Positions 17,727 through 27,879 of a stretch of 64,000 nucleotides of DNA are shown in pieces. A model generated the notes under the pieces. That model was not told the origin of the DNA. It searched no databases and saw nothing but the letters and a program-made list of their open reading frames with translations. Both the position numbers and the translations under genes were made by a program. The DNA is taken from contig CAWDIJ010000005.1 in assembly GCA_963802375.1 (NCBI GenBank), forward strand, positions 280,787 through 344,786, written 5' to 3'. Source of the DNA: an uncultured Actinomycetes bacterium. GTDB taxonomy: Bacteria > Actinomycetota > Thermoleophilia > Gaiellales > Gaiellaceae. How positions within the stretch are numbered: the first letter of the stretch is position 1; every line of letters begins with the position of its first letter.

Positions 17727-18906
17727 CCGGCGCACCGGCGGGCAGCTCGCCGGTACCGGCCGGAATCACCACCAGCGCGTCCGCGCCGGCGGCGCGCGCG
17801 ATCATGTGCGAGTCCTGACCGGCCAGGACGTCGAGCTCGACCGCAGAGTCGACGACTGCGGTCCTGGCCCTCATCAGTTCCGTCCGCGCCGGGTTCGGAC
17901 GCACGGCCCGCGCGAGGCGCCCCGGATCGAAGCGAGGGAGCGGGTCACGTGCGCCCTGGAGCGCGAGGAGTGCCGGCCGCACGAAGATCTCGAAGCCGAC
18001 GAGCGACGAGACCGGGTTCCCGGGGAGGCCGAAGACGAGGGTCGGGTCGCGCACGCCGAACCACAGGGGCTTGCCGGGTTTGACGGCCACGCCCCAGAGC
18101 ACCTCCTCGATCCCGAGCCCCGCCCCGACCGAACGCACGAGATCGTGCGGGCCGACCGAGACGCCGCCGGACGTGACGAGCACGTCGGATCGCAGGCCGG
18201 CTTCCAGCGCTCCCCGGTGCGCGTCCTCGTCGTCTTCGACGGCCTCGAGCTGCTCGACCTCCGCGCCGGCCGACCTGAGCTGCGCCGCGAGCAGCGTGGT
18301 GTTCACCTCGTAGATCTGGCCAGGCCCGAGGTCCTCACCCGGGCGCCGCAGCTCCGTGCCCGTCGCGAGCACCGCGGCCCGGGGTCGCCGGGAGCACGAG
18401 ACCTCGGGAATCCCGACAGCGGCGAGGGCGCCGATCTGCGCCGGGCCTAGGAGCTCGCCCGCCTCCACCACGACGTCTCCCCGGCGCAGATCCCCGCCGC
18501 GAGGACGGATGTTCGTTCCGGCGGCCACCGTGTCCGGGATCTCGATCTCGTTGCCGTGATCGACAACAACCTCGAGCTGGATGACGGCGTCGGCACGGTC
18601 AGGAACCAAGCCACCGGTTGCGATCCCCATCGCCTCGCCGGGCTCGAGCGCTCGCCGGGCCGGCTTGCCCGCCGGGATCCGCTCGCTCACAGGCAGCCGG
18701 CCGGGCGTGTCGCCTGATCGCACCGCAAAGCCGTCCATCGCCGAGCTATCGAACGGAGGCAGGTCCACGCGGGACGTCGCCGTCTCCGCCAACACGCGAC
18801 CCGCGGCAGCGTCCAGCGGAACAGGCTCGGCCTCCAGCGGCCGAACCCGCTCGAGGATGAGGCGCTGCGCCTCCTCCATTGACAAGAGCGCTCCCACCTC
18901 ACGCAT
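17704..18906 (-). CDS. moeA: molybdopterin molybdenumtransferase
   Basis: LPPFDSSAMDGFAVR...GGVSVG...LPGNPVSS motifs. 400 aa. ATG 18879 is an alternative start. Confidence 0.9.
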   Translation of the reverse strand: MREVGALLSMEEAQRLILERVRPLEAEPVPLDAAAGRVLAETATSRVDLPPFDSSAMDGFAVRSGDTPGRLPVSERIPAGKPARRALEPGEAMGIATGGLVPDRADAVIQLEVVVDHGNEIEIPDTVAAGTNIRPRGGDLRRGDVVVEAGELLGPAQIGALAAVGIPEVSCSRRPRAAVLATGTELRRPGEDLGPGQIYEVNTTLLAAQLRSAGAEVEQLEAVEDDEDAHRGALEAGLRSDVLVTSGGVSVGPHDLVRSVGAGLGIEEVLWGVAVKPGKPLWFGVRDPTLVFGLPGNPVSSLVGFEIFVRPALLALQGARDPLPRFDPGRLARAVRPNPARTELMRARTAVVDSAVELDVLAGQDSHMIARAAGADALVVIPAGTGELPAGAPVSYLRLA

Positions 18907-18917
18907 AAGCTACTGCC

Positions 18918-19877
18918 GTGATCTCGGTCGTCGTCCCCGTCCACGACGAGGATCGAAGCGTCGAGCTGCTCTACGACGAGCTGGCGAGCGCCCTCGACCC
19001 CCTCGGCCGACCGTGGGAGACCGTCTACGTCGACGACGGCTCCACCGACGGTTCCTTCGCCGCGCTCACGCGCCTGCACGACCGGGCGCCGAACGTCAGG
19101 GTCGTCCGGCTGCGCCGCAACTTCGGGAAGTCCGCGGCCCTCGCCGCCGGCTTCCGCCACGCTGAGGGAGACGTCGTCGTCACGATCGACGCAGACCTGC
19201 AGGACGACCCCGCCGAGATCCCGCGCCTGCTCGCGAAGCTCGACGAGGGCTTCGACCTCGTCTCCGGGTGGAAGACGGAACGTCGCGATCGATGGTCCCG
19301 GCGGCTGGTCTCGAAGGTCTTCAACGCCGTGGTTGGCCGAGCGTCCGGCCTGAAGCTCCACGACATGAACTGCGGGCTCAAGGCCTACCGGGCGGAGGTC
19401 GTTCGCTCCCTCCGGATCTACGGAGAGCTTCACCGCTTCCTGCCGGTCCTCGCGCACGACCGCGGCTTTCGTGTCGCCGAGCTGCCCGTGAACCACCGGC
19501 CGCGCGAGCACGGCCGGTCCCGCTACGGGGTCGAGCGCTACATGCGCGGCTTCCTGGACTTCCTGACCGTGTCGTTCATGGGCAGGTACCGGCATCGGCC
19601 GCTCCACCTCTTCGGCGGGCTCGGACTCGTGTTCGCCGCGATCGGCAGTGCCGTGCTCATCTACCTCACGATCATCAAGCTCACGGGCTCGGCGATCGGC
19701 CATCGGCCCTTGCTTACCCTCGGCGTGCTGCTCGTGGTCGTCGGGTTCCAGTTCTTCTCGCTCGGGCTCCTCTCCGAGCTGATCACGAGCCATCACGAGG
19801 AGCGGACGGGCTCAGCAGACGAGCTTCACGTCGACGAGATCCTCGAGCCCGTGCGCCACGAGCCTGTCGCGCGGTAG
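18918..19877 (+). CDS. GT2 glycosyltransferase (polyprenol-phosphate sugar synthase-like, two C-terminal TM helices)
   Basis: VVVPVHDE...YVDDGSTDGS...RNFGKSAAL...DADLQDDP motifs. GTG start. Confidence 0.85.
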   Translation: MISVVVPVHDEDRSVELLYDELASALDPLGRPWETVYVDDGSTDGSFAALTRLHDRAPNVRVVRLRRNFGKSAALAAGFRHAEGDVVVTIDADLQDDPAEIPRLLAKLDEGFDLVSGWKTERRDRWSRRLVSKVFNAVVGRASGLKLHDMNCGLKAYRAEVVRSLRIYGELHRFLPVLAHDRGFRVAELPVNHRPREHGRSRYGVERYMRGFLDFLTVSFMGRYRHRPLHLFGGLGLVFAAIGSAVLIYLTIIKLTGSAIGHRPLLTLGVLLVVVGFQFFSLGLLSELITSHHEERTGSADELHVDEILEPVRHEPVAR

Positions 19878-19883
19878 CCCCGC

Positions 19884-20945
19884 GTGCGTGTCCTTTACTT
19901 CGGCACCTACGAGCGCCGCTACCCGCGAAACGCACAGGTGATCTCGGCACTTCGCGGGGCCGGCGTGGAGGTGATCGAGCGCCATGAGCCGGTCTGGGAT
20001 GGACGAGAGGAGAAGTGGTCACTCGGGCCGCGGGCTGCGGGCCGGCTTCTGCTCGCCGAGCTCCGGCTCCTGGCCCGCCTCGGGCCGAAGGCCGACGTCG
20101 TCCTCGTCGGCTATCCCGGCCACGTGGACCTGACGGCCGCGCGACGGGCAGCACGCGGGGCTCCCGTCGTCTTCAACCCGCTCGTCTCGCTCGCGGACAC
20201 CTTGGTCGAGGATCGCGGCCGCTTCCGGCGGGGCTCCCTGGCCGAGCGGGCCCTTCGCGCGATCGACAGACGCGCCCTTCGCAACGCCGACCTCGTCGTC
20301 GCGGACACGGAGGCGCACGCCGGGTTCCTCGCAGGCATTGCCGGGCTCCAGCGCGACCGGTTCGCGGTCTGCTTCGTCGGCGCGGAGGAGCGGGTGTTTC
20401 GGCCGGGCTGGAGCCCGGAGGAGCCGTTCACAGCGCTCTTCGTCGGCAAACTGATCCCACTGCACGGCCTGGAGACGATCCTCGAGGCGGCGCGCCTCGT
20501 GCCGGGGCTGCGACTGCGGGTCGTCGGCAGCGGCCAGCTCGATGCGCTGCTCTCCGACCGGCCGGCGAATGTGGACTGGGAGCCCTGGGTCGAGTACGAG
20601 CGCCTGCCCGAGGAGCTCCACCGCGCCTCGTGCGCGCTCGGGATCTTCGGGACCTCCGGCAAAGCACAGCGTGTGATCCCCAACAAGGCGTTCCAGGCGC
20701 TCGCGTGCGGCACGCCGCTCGTCACGGCCGACACGCCCGCGGCGCGCGAGCTCCTGGACGGCGAGAGCGCGCTCCTCGTCCCGCCGGGAGATCCGGAGGC
20801 GCTGGCGAACGCGCTTCGGCGGCTCGCCGACGATCCGGAGCTCGCGCGGCGGCTCGGCGCCGGCGGCCACGCCGTCTACCAAGACCGCGCCAGCGAGGAG
20901 GTTCTGGGCCGCCGCTGGCGCGAGATCCTGGAGCACGTCGCGTGA
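19884..20945 (+). CDS. GT4 (group 1) glycosyltransferase
   Basis: 353 aa. C-terminal NKAFQALACGTPLVTADTPAARELL resembles the GT1/GT4 nucleotide-sugar binding region. Confidence 0.75.
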   Translation: MRVLYFGTYERRYPRNAQVISALRGAGVEVIERHEPVWDGREEKWSLGPRAAGRLLLAELRLLARLGPKADVVLVGYPGHVDLTAARRAARGAPVVFNPLVSLADTLVEDRGRFRRGSLAERALRAIDRRALRNADLVVADTEAHAGFLAGIAGLQRDRFAVCFVGAEERVFRPGWSPEEPFTALFVGKLIPLHGLETILEAARLVPGLRLRVVGSGQLDALLSDRPANVDWEPWVEYERLPEELHRASCALGIFGTSGKAQRVIPNKAFQALACGTPLVTADTPAARELLDGESALLVPPGDPEALANALRRLADDPELARRLGAGGHAVYQDRASEEVLGRRWREILEHVA

Positions 20946-21649
20946 ACGAGCACGAGTGGGGCACCGCGCCGGAGTTCGTCGGCCCGAGGCACGAGCTGCG
21001 GGAGCGCCTGCTCCTCGACCTGTTCCTCTCCGCCTCTCCGGGGCCGGCGATTCTCGATGCAGGCGCCGGCCAGGGAACGCTGTCGGCACGCCTCGAGCGC
21101 CTCGGCTACGAGGTGACGAGCACGGACATCTCCGAATCGGCGGTCGAGATCCTGCGCGGCCGGCTCGCGGGGCCGGTGGCAAAGGCAAGCGTCACGGACC
21201 TCCCGTTCGGCGACGAGAGCTTCGACGGAGTGGTGCTCGGAGAAGTGCTCGAGCACGTGGAGGACGATCGTGGAGCGCTGGAGGAGGTTGCGCGCGTCCT
21301 CTGTCCCGGCGGCGTCCTGGCGGCATCCGTTCCCGCGAACCCGGCGCTCCACGGGCCGAGCGACGAGTGGGCCGGCCACGTCCGCCGCTACACGCGTCCG
21401 GCGCTGATCGACGCCTGCACGAGCGCGGGTCTCACCGTCAACCAGTGCCTCGGATGGGGCTTCCCGTTCTCGCGCCTCTACCATCGGCACGTCTATGAGC
21501 GGTACCTCGACCGGCACGGGCCCGCCCCGCCCGGCGGCCGGCACCGGCCCCTCGTCGGCGTCGTCGGTGCCCTCCTCCAGGTCGACCGCCTCTTCGTCGG
21601 CGTCGAGCGGGGAGCGCTGGGCTACCTCCTTCTCGCGACGCGCGCATAG
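20942..21649 (+). CDS. class I SAM-dependent methyltransferase
   Basis: GTG at 20942 in a GTGA overlap with the GT4 stop. ILDAGAGQGTLS (motif I), VTSTDIS, FDGVVLGEVLEHV, LCPGG. Confidence 0.8.
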   Translation: MNEHEWGTAPEFVGPRHELRERLLLDLFLSASPGPAILDAGAGQGTLSARLERLGYEVTSTDISESAVEILRGRLAGPVAKASVTDLPFGDESFDGVVLGEVLEHVEDDRGALEEVARVLCPGGVLAASVPANPALHGPSDEWAGHVRRYTRPALIDACTSAGLTVNQCLGWGFPFSRLYHRHVYERYLDRHGPAPPGGRHRPLVGVVGALLQVDRLFVGVERGALGYLLLATRA

Positions 21650-21674
21650 CCCGAAGGCGGTCCTCTGGGCCGCG

Positions 21675-23024
21675 ATGGCCGTCTACGCAGCCGACTTCAG
21701 TGCGCTGGCGGCACTCGAGCACCGTGCGTTCGAGACGGGGCGCTTCGACCTCGGCAACATGACCCAGGCGGTCTGGTCGACCGTGGAAGGACGGCCGTTG
21801 GACGTAACAGAGCTGGGCGGCGACCAAATCTCCCGGCTCGGAGCGCACGTCGATCCCGCCCTCGCGCTGTTCGCGCCGCTCTGGCTTGTCTGGCCGAGCC
21901 CGACCATGCTCCTCGTCGTCCAGGCAGCCGCGATCGCCCTGGGGGCGCTGCCGATCTTCTGGCTCGGGCGCAAGCATCTGGGGTCGGAGTGGGCGGGCGT
22001 CCTCTGCGGGCTCGCGTACCTGGTGTACCCGGCCGTCCAGTGGCTCGCGTTGGACGAGTTCCACCCCGTCGCCCTCGCCTGCCCCTTGCTGGCGTACGCC
22101 TTCTGGTACCTGGACGAGGATCGCCTCTGGGCCTTCGTGCCCTTCGGGCTCCTGGCCGCACTGACGAAGGAGGAGGTTCCGCTGATCGTCGGCGCGCTCG
22201 GCGTCTGGTACGCGATCGCCAGAGGGCGTCGTCTCGCGGGGACGGTGATCGCGGTCGCCGGCGTCGCTACAACCGCATCCTGGCTCGGGTTTGTGATGCC
22301 GCACTTCCGCGAGGGGGCAGAGCCTGCGTTCTACGGCCGCTACGACGCGGTCGGCGGTTCGCCGGAGGGGATCCTGAAGACAGCGGTGACCGATCCGCTC
22401 GCGATCGCCGAGACGGTGACGGAAGGACGCGACCTGCTCTACCTGGTCGAGCTCGGGCTGCCCCTCGCCGGGCTGTTCCTCCTCGCGCCCCTCGTGCTCA
22501 TCGCGGCGCTGCCCGAGCTCCTCGCCAACCTGCTCTCGTCGGTCGGGAACCAGACGTCGATCCGCTTCCACTACACGGCGCCGATCACGCCCTTCCTGTT
22601 CGCGGCCGCGATCCTCGGCGCCTCACAGTTCGTGCGGCGGCGGGAGGCAGCCGCAGCGATCCTGGCCTGCTCCCTCCTGGCCGGGATCCTGATCGGGCCG
22701 CTGCGCGCGGGCGAGCTCGTGCCGGAGCCGCGGTCGGAGCACGACCGGATCGCGGAGCGGGCGGTCGGCCTGATCCCGGCGGATGCGGCCGTGTCGAGCA
22801 CGAACGGCCTCGGCGGCCACCTCTCAGAACGCCGGCGCATCCACAGCTTCCCCGTCGTCGCCGACTCGCAGTGGGTCGCGGTCGATCTCCAGCGCGCGTC
22901 CTACCTCGACAGGCGCTCGGATCCCTCCACGACAGCCGTGCCGCTCGGTGAACTGCTTCGCTCCGGCTCGTGGTCGAAGGTCTTCGACGAGGACGGGATC
23001 ATCGTCCTCAGGAGAACGCCGTAG
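21675..23024 (+). CDS. DUF2079-family polytopic membrane protein (GT-C-like)
   Basis: FDLGNMTQAVWST...RLGAHVDP...LDEFHP motifs and many TM segments. ATG 21675 is the first canonical start after the upstream stop. Confidence 0.65.
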   Translation: MAVYAADFSALAALEHRAFETGRFDLGNMTQAVWSTVEGRPLDVTELGGDQISRLGAHVDPALALFAPLWLVWPSPTMLLVVQAAAIALGALPIFWLGRKHLGSEWAGVLCGLAYLVYPAVQWLALDEFHPVALACPLLAYAFWYLDEDRLWAFVPFGLLAALTKEEVPLIVGALGVWYAIARGRRLAGTVIAVAGVATTASWLGFVMPHFREGAEPAFYGRYDAVGGSPEGILKTAVTDPLAIAETVTEGRDLLYLVELGLPLAGLFLLAPLVLIAALPELLANLLSSVGNQTSIRFHYTAPITPFLFAAAILGASQFVRRREAAAAILACSLLAGILIGPLRAGELVPEPRSEHDRIAERAVGLIPADAAVSSTNGLGGHLSERRRIHSFPVVADSQWVAVDLQRASYLDRRSDPSTTAVPLGELLRSGSWSKVFDEDGIIVLRRTP

Positions 23025-24151
23025 AGCGCGACGAGCAGCAGGTCTCGGAGGACGACAAGCCACACGACTCCCTCCAGCGCGAACACCTCGCGGTAGTCGA
23101 AGAACCAAAGCCGGCCGAGCAACAGGGCGGCTCCGAGTAGCGCAGTGGCTGCCACTCCGGCCGCGCCCCCGACGAGCGGCACGATCGGAACGAGCCACAC
23201 GAGGTACTGCGGTGAGACGAACCGGGCGAAAGCGAGAAAGCCCGCCAGCGTCGCCGCCGTCGCCACCGTTAGCCGCTCGCCGCTCGAGCGGCCCCGAAGG
23301 AAGAGCAACACGACGGCCACGACCGCGGCCAGTTGGAGAAGCGAGGTCGCCACGGCAAGCGTGTCCGGCAGGCCGCCCTCGAGGTCGCGGGTGAGCGCGG
23401 CGGTCGAGCCGCGACCGACTTCCGCCGCATACAGGCCCAGCTGGTCGGCGGCGAGCAGGGCCGCGGCGCCGAAGCTCTCGATCTGCAGCCCGCGCCCGGC
23501 CTGTGCGCGCACGCTCTCCACGAGGCCGTCCCAGCCGAGGAGCGCGAACGGGCCGACCAGCACGAGGACCGTGACCGCGAAGGCGGCAAGCGGACGCACG
23601 ACGTCGCGACCGGACCGCCAGAGCCAGACCGCGAAGAGCGGCACGAGCGCCAACGCGTAGAGCTTGGCCGCGAACGCCACTCCGAGCAGGACGAGCGCCA
23701 GGGAGTCCCGGCGCCACAGCAGCGCCGCCAGCGCGCAGGCGACGAGCAACGCGGGGAAGGCGTCGTACGTGTTCAGCGAGACGGGCCCGATCACGAGCGG
23801 CGACAGGGCGACCGCGAAGACGCCGGCGTAGAGACGCCGCGGGCTCGCGCCGAGCCGCGCCAGGATCAGCCCGACGACGAGCAGCGTCGCCAGGCCGACG
23901 AGCGCCATGAAGCTCTTGAAGGCGTGGAGGTACCAGCCGTCGGGCAGCAGCGCGGGCGGCGTGAAGACGAGGAAGCCGCCCGGCGGGTACTCGACGAAGA
24001 AATCCCGGTACGGGACATCCCCGTCGAGCAGCGCCTGCGCGTAGTCGCCGTACAGCCCGACATCGCGGAACCGGCGCTCGCGGAAGAGCCCGCCCGGCGG
24101 GATCGCCGCCGCGAGGAGGTAGACCGGCGCGGCGAGCGCGGCCACCCGCAC
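22901..24151 (-). CDS. GT-C fold glycosyltransferase (DUF2029/GT87-like) membrane protein
   Basis: DFFVEYPPGGFLVF near the N-terminus followed by about 10 TM segments. GTG 24151 (or 24145) lies just after the PBP stop. The 3' end overlaps the convergent DUF2079 gene by 124 nt. Confidence 0.55.
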   Translation of the reverse strand: MRVAALAAPVYLLAAAIPPGGLFRERRFRDVGLYGDYAQALLDGDVPYRDFFVEYPPGGFLVFTPPALLPDGWYLHAFKSFMALVGLATLLVVGLILARLGASPRRLYAGVFAVALSPLVIGPVSLNTYDAFPALLVACALAALLWRRDSLALVLLGVAFAAKLYALALVPLFAVWLWRSGRDVVRPLAAFAVTVLVLVGPFALLGWDGLVESVRAQAGRGLQIESFGAAALLAADQLGLYAAEVGRGSTAALTRDLEGGLPDTLAVATSLLQLAAVVAVVLLFLRGRSSGERLTVATAATLAGFLAFARFVSPQYLVWLVPIVPLVGGAAGVAATALLGAALLLGRLWFFDYREVFALEGVVWLVVLRDLLLVALYGVLLRTMIPSSSKTFDHEPERSSSPSGTAVVEGSERLSR

Positions 24152-24176
24152 TGCCCGGCTCAGCTCGGAAGGCGTC

Positions 24177-26297
24177 CTAGTCGTCGCCGTCTTCGTCAGG
24201 CGGTGGAGGCGGAGGCTCCGGCTCTTCCTCTTCCTCGGGCGACGGCGCGTAGTAGTAATCGTCGTCGTCGTCATCGTCGTACGAGTCATTCGCGTACTGA
24301 CCACGCTCGAACGGCACCCAGATCGGCTCGGACGACGGCTCCGGGAACTCGACCTCCGGCGTGTTCCCGATCGCCGAGCGCATGAAGAGGTTCCAGATGA
24401 TCGTCGGGAAGGTGCCGCCGGCGACCTGGATTCCGTGGACGTTCTCCATCGGCACCTGGCCCTGCGGATAGCCCATCCAGACCGTCGTGCTCAGGTTCGG
24501 CGTGTAGCCGCAGAACCAGGCATCCGTGTGCTCGTCCGTCGTTCCGGTCTTGCCGGCGGCGGGGCGGCTGAAGAAGACGCCGGCGTTCGTCCCGGTGCCG
24601 CCGTCGATGTTCTCCTCGAGGATCTCGGTGACCTCGTCGGCCACCCAGTCGGCGACGACGCGCTTCTGCTGCGGCCTGCCCCAACCCGCGTCCTTGTCCT
24701 CGGTTCCGTCGGGGAGAACGACCTTGCGGATCGCCATCGGCTCGGAGTAGATCCCGCCCGCGGCAAGCGTCGCGTACGCGGAGGCCATGTCCAGCGGCGA
24801 GATCGCCGCGGAGCCGAGCCCGAGCGACGGAACGTGGACGCCCTCCTTCGTCTTCAGACTCGAACGGACGCCGAGGCGGTGCGCCATCGCCGCGACCTTC
24901 TCGGGCCCGAGGTCGAGGGTGAGCTGCGCGAAGACGGTGTTGTCGGAAGAGAGCGTGGCCGTCGAGATCGGCACGGTGCCGAGGTAGTCGTGGCTGTACG
25001 TGGAGACCTCCCACGGCTCCCTCAACGGATCGGGCTGGTAGGTGAACGGGCGCGACGTGTAGGTCGTCGAGTCGGGATCGACTCCCTCGGCGATCGCCGC
25101 CGCCAGCACGAACGTCTTGAAGGTCGAGCCCGCCTGGCGACGACCCTGTGAGGCGAGGTTGAACTGGTTGCCGCGCTTCCCCGGCGTCACCGCCGTCATT
25201 GCCCGGATCGCGCCGTTCGCCGGGTTGATGGCAACGATGGCCGCCGCGGGGTCGTCGGGATATGGCAGCGTCCGGAGGATCGCGTTTCGCGCCTGCTGCT
25301 GGAAGCGCCGGTCGACCGTCGTGTAGACGCGCAGGCCACCGGAGCGAACCGTGTTGGCGCCGTACTGTGCGACCAGGAGCGGTCTGACGTAGCTGAAGAA
25401 GTAGGGCTCCCGGATCCTGGAGTAGAGCTTGCCCGGGCGAAGCCGGATCTCGCGCTCGCCGACCGCCTGCTGGTACTGCCGCTGCGTGATCTTCCCCTGG
25501 TCCAACATGGCCCTGAGCACCTGGTCGCGACGGGCGAGCGCCGTGCGCGGGTTGTTGAACGGGTCGTAGATCGACGGCGCCTGCGTGAGACCCGCGAGCA
25601 GTGCTGCTTCGCCGAGCCCGAGCTTCCACGCAGCTCTCGAGAAGTACGTCTGCGCAGCGGCGTGCACGCCGTACGCCCGGCTGCCGTAGAAAACCGTGTT
25701 GAGGTAGCTCTCGAGGATCCAGTCCTTCGACTGCCGGCGATTGAGCCGGACGGCGAGACAAGCCTCGATCGCCTTCCGCTCGAAGGTGACCTCGTTGCCG
25801 ACGTACAGGTTGCGGACGAGCTGCTGGGTGAGCGTCGAGCCGCCCTCGACGACCTTGCCTGCGCGGATGTCCTTCGAGAGTGCGCGCGCGATGCCCTCGA
25901 GGTCGATGCCGCTGTGCTCGTAGAAGCGACGATCCTCGATCGCGATCGTCGCGAGCCGCATCCACTTGCTGATGCGATTCAGCTTCACCGGCTGGCGGTT
26001 CTTCTCGGCGGGAATCGAGCCGAGCAGCGATCCGTCGGCCGCGTACACGAACGAGTTCTGGCCAATCTCCACAGGTCGCAGGCGGTCGAGGTCACACCGC
26101 GGAGCGATCGCCGCGGCGCCGGTGATCCCGGCCGCTCCGATCGCGGCGACGACCAGCACGAGGGCAGCGATGAGCAGCGCAAGCTTGCGACGATGGCGGC
26201 TCCTCGAACGGCGGCGCTGGCGCCTCGCGCGGCGACGGTAGGTCTCGTCCTCGAACTGGCGCCCGCTGCGCGCCCGGCTCCGGCGGTACGGGCTCAC
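24177..26297 (-). CDS. class A penicillin-binding protein (GT51 transglycosylase + transpeptidase)
   Basis: IEDRRFYEHSGID, GGSTLTQQL (GT51); SSTFK-like STFK, SDN, KTGT (transpeptidase). Asp/Tyr/Glu/Pro-rich C-terminal tail. Confidence 0.9.
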   Translation of the reverse strand: MSPYRRSRARSGRQFEDETYRRRARRQRRRSRSRHRRKLALLIAALVLVVAAIGAAGITGAAAIAPRCDLDRLRPVEIGQNSFVYAADGSLLGSIPAEKNRQPVKLNRISKWMRLATIAIEDRRFYEHSGIDLEGIARALSKDIRAGKVVEGGSTLTQQLVRNLYVGNEVTFERKAIEACLAVRLNRRQSKDWILESYLNTVFYGSRAYGVHAAAQTYFSRAAWKLGLGEAALLAGLTQAPSIYDPFNNPRTALARRDQVLRAMLDQGKITQRQYQQAVGEREIRLRPGKLYSRIREPYFFSYVRPLLVAQYGANTVRSGGLRVYTTVDRRFQQQARNAILRTLPYPDDPAAAIVAINPANGAIRAMTAVTPGKRGNQFNLASQGRRQAGSTFKTFVLAAAIAEGVDPDSTTYTSRPFTYQPDPLREPWEVSTYSHDYLGTVPISTATLSSDNTVFAQLTLDLGPEKVAAMAHRLGVRSSLKTKEGVHVPSLGLGSAAISPLDMASAYATLAAGGIYSEPMAIRKVVLPDGTEDKDAGWGRPQQKRVVADWVADEVTEILEENIDGGTGTNAGVFFSRPAAGKTGTTDEHTDAWFCGYTPNLSTTVWMGYPQGQVPMENVHGIQVAGGTFPTIIWNLFMRSAIGNTPEVEFPEPSSEPIWVPFERGQYANDSYDDDDDDDYYYAPSPEEEEEPEPPPPPPDEDGDD

Positions 26298-27007
26298 GCG
26301 TAGATGCCGGCTTCGAGCAGCCGGGCGTGCGCGCGAAGGCGCAGATCGCTCTCGAGCCGGCGAGCCGCCGACTCGTCGTCTGCCCAGACCCTGAGGGTGA
26401 CGACGCCTTCGTCGTCGAGAGCGGTGACGAGGATGTCAGTCGGAGTCGTTGCTTCGCGAAGGAGGTCGATCACTACCCGGAGATCCTTGTCTCGCGGCAC
26501 GGGAACGGTGACCTCGGCCAGCGTTTCCCGGCTCGCGATGGTGGAGTTCCTGATGGTATCGGCAGCCAAAAGCTCATTCGGGATCACGAGCCGGGTCCGG
26601 TCGTCCATGCGAATGTTGGTGTAGACGAGCCCGATCTCCTCGACGATCCCCTCACCGTCGGCCACCGCGACGCGGTCGCCGAGGCGAATCGGCTGCGCGA
26701 GCCCGATCATCACGCCGGCGACGAAATTCGAGAGCGTTCGCTGGGCGGCGAGGCCGATGACGATGCCGAGAATCGCGGTGGAGGCGAGCAGCCCGCCGGC
26801 GACAGCACGCACCTGCGGGATCAGGAGCAGCGCCGTCAGGACGCCGACGAAGATGATCACGCCCATGATGCTGCGGCGGAGGACGCGGTATCGGGTCACC
26901 GCACCCGGCGCGAGCTCGCGCTTGGCCATGCGCATGTCCACGAGCTTGGCGACGACGATCGCGGCCGTGATCACGGCGATGACGACGATCAGGCGCCCCC
27001 AGTCCAC
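26294..27007 (-). CDS. small-conductance mechanosensitive channel (MscS family)
   Basis: TM helices followed by LSNFVAGVMIGLAQPIRLGDRV...G.VEEIGLVYT. GTG 27007 starts right before TM1, and ATG 27136 is the longest alternative. The stop overlaps the PBP start (GTGA). Confidence 0.8.
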   Translation of the reverse strand: MDWGRLIVVIAVITAAIVVAKLVDMRMAKRELAPGAVTRYRVLRRSIMGVIIFVGVLTALLLIPQVRAVAGGLLASTAILGIVIGLAAQRTLSNFVAGVMIGLAQPIRLGDRVAVADGEGIVEEIGLVYTNIRMDDRTRLVIPNELLAADTIRNSTIASRETLAEVTVPVPRDKDLRVVIDLLREATTPTDILVTALDDEGVVTLRVWADDESAARRLESDLRLRAHARLLEAGIYA

Positions 27008-27218
27008 GAGCGCTAGTTCGACGCGCTCAGCGCGCCTCCCGCTGGTCTGAGCGCCCTGGGGCGTCGCTGGCAAGCGAGGCAGGCTGTGTTGCGAGGACAG
27101 GACGGTTGGTACGGACTCGGGGCACAGCCGCAGCATCGCGAAGTCCAGCGGCGTCAGACGTCGCGGAGGCCGCGAAGACGCATCTTGCGGCCGGCCGGAG
27201 CGGCGCCTGCCAGGACGC

Positions 27219-27617
27219 TCAGAGCGCTTTCCGGCCCGCGAAGCCCTCGTCGGGGCCGTGCCAGAAGCCGATCTCGTCCTCGCCCAGGCGCCAGCAGAGG
27301 AGGATCTCCTCGCCCTCTCGTAGAGCCGGAAAGTCGAGCAGCCCTTCGTCGAGGTCCTTGACCTGAGCGCCGGCCGACTGGATCCGCTCGATGCAGACCG
27401 CGAGCGAGGTCGCCTCGTCCTCGAGCTCGTGTTCCACCTCGGCGAAGTCCCCGGGCGTCAGGTCGCCGCCGTTCGAGCCGGCCTGCTCCGTGAGCACGCC
27501 GCGCTGCTCCTGGGCCTCGCGGAATCGCCGGCGGTGCTCGACCATCTCCTCCACGACCGGGCGAAGCTCGGCGACCGCACGGTTGGCTTCCTGGAGGGTG
27601 AAGTAGCGTGGCGCCAT
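27219..27617 (-). CDS. DUF2203 family protein
   Basis: MAPRYFTLQEANRAVAEL...VKDLDEGLLDFPA...LCWRLGE..IGFWH...GFAGR is the typical DUF2203 pattern. ATG at 27617. Confidence 0.7.
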   Translation of the reverse strand: MAPRYFTLQEANRAVAELRPVVEEMVEHRRRFREAQEQRGVLTEQAGSNGGDLTPGDFAEVEHELEDEATSLAVCIERIQSAGAQVKDLDEGLLDFPALREGEEILLCWRLGEDEIGFWHGPDEGFAGRKAL

Positions 27618-27879
27618 CGGCCGTATTCTCGACGTCTTCCTGTGGAGCCGGGCGGCGATCTGGTCGGCCGTCGTTCTCGCGTACCTGACCTTCGAGCCGA
27701 ACCGGCACCCCGACGTCGCTCGCTGGGACCGGCCGGAGTACACACGGGACGCCGGATTCCTCGTCGACGTCTGGGCCCGCTGGGACAGCGTCTGGTTCCT
27801 GCGGATCGCCGAGGACGGCTACGGCGCGACCGAGGAGGCGGCCGCAGCGTTCTACCCGCTCTACCCGCTGCTCGTCGGA

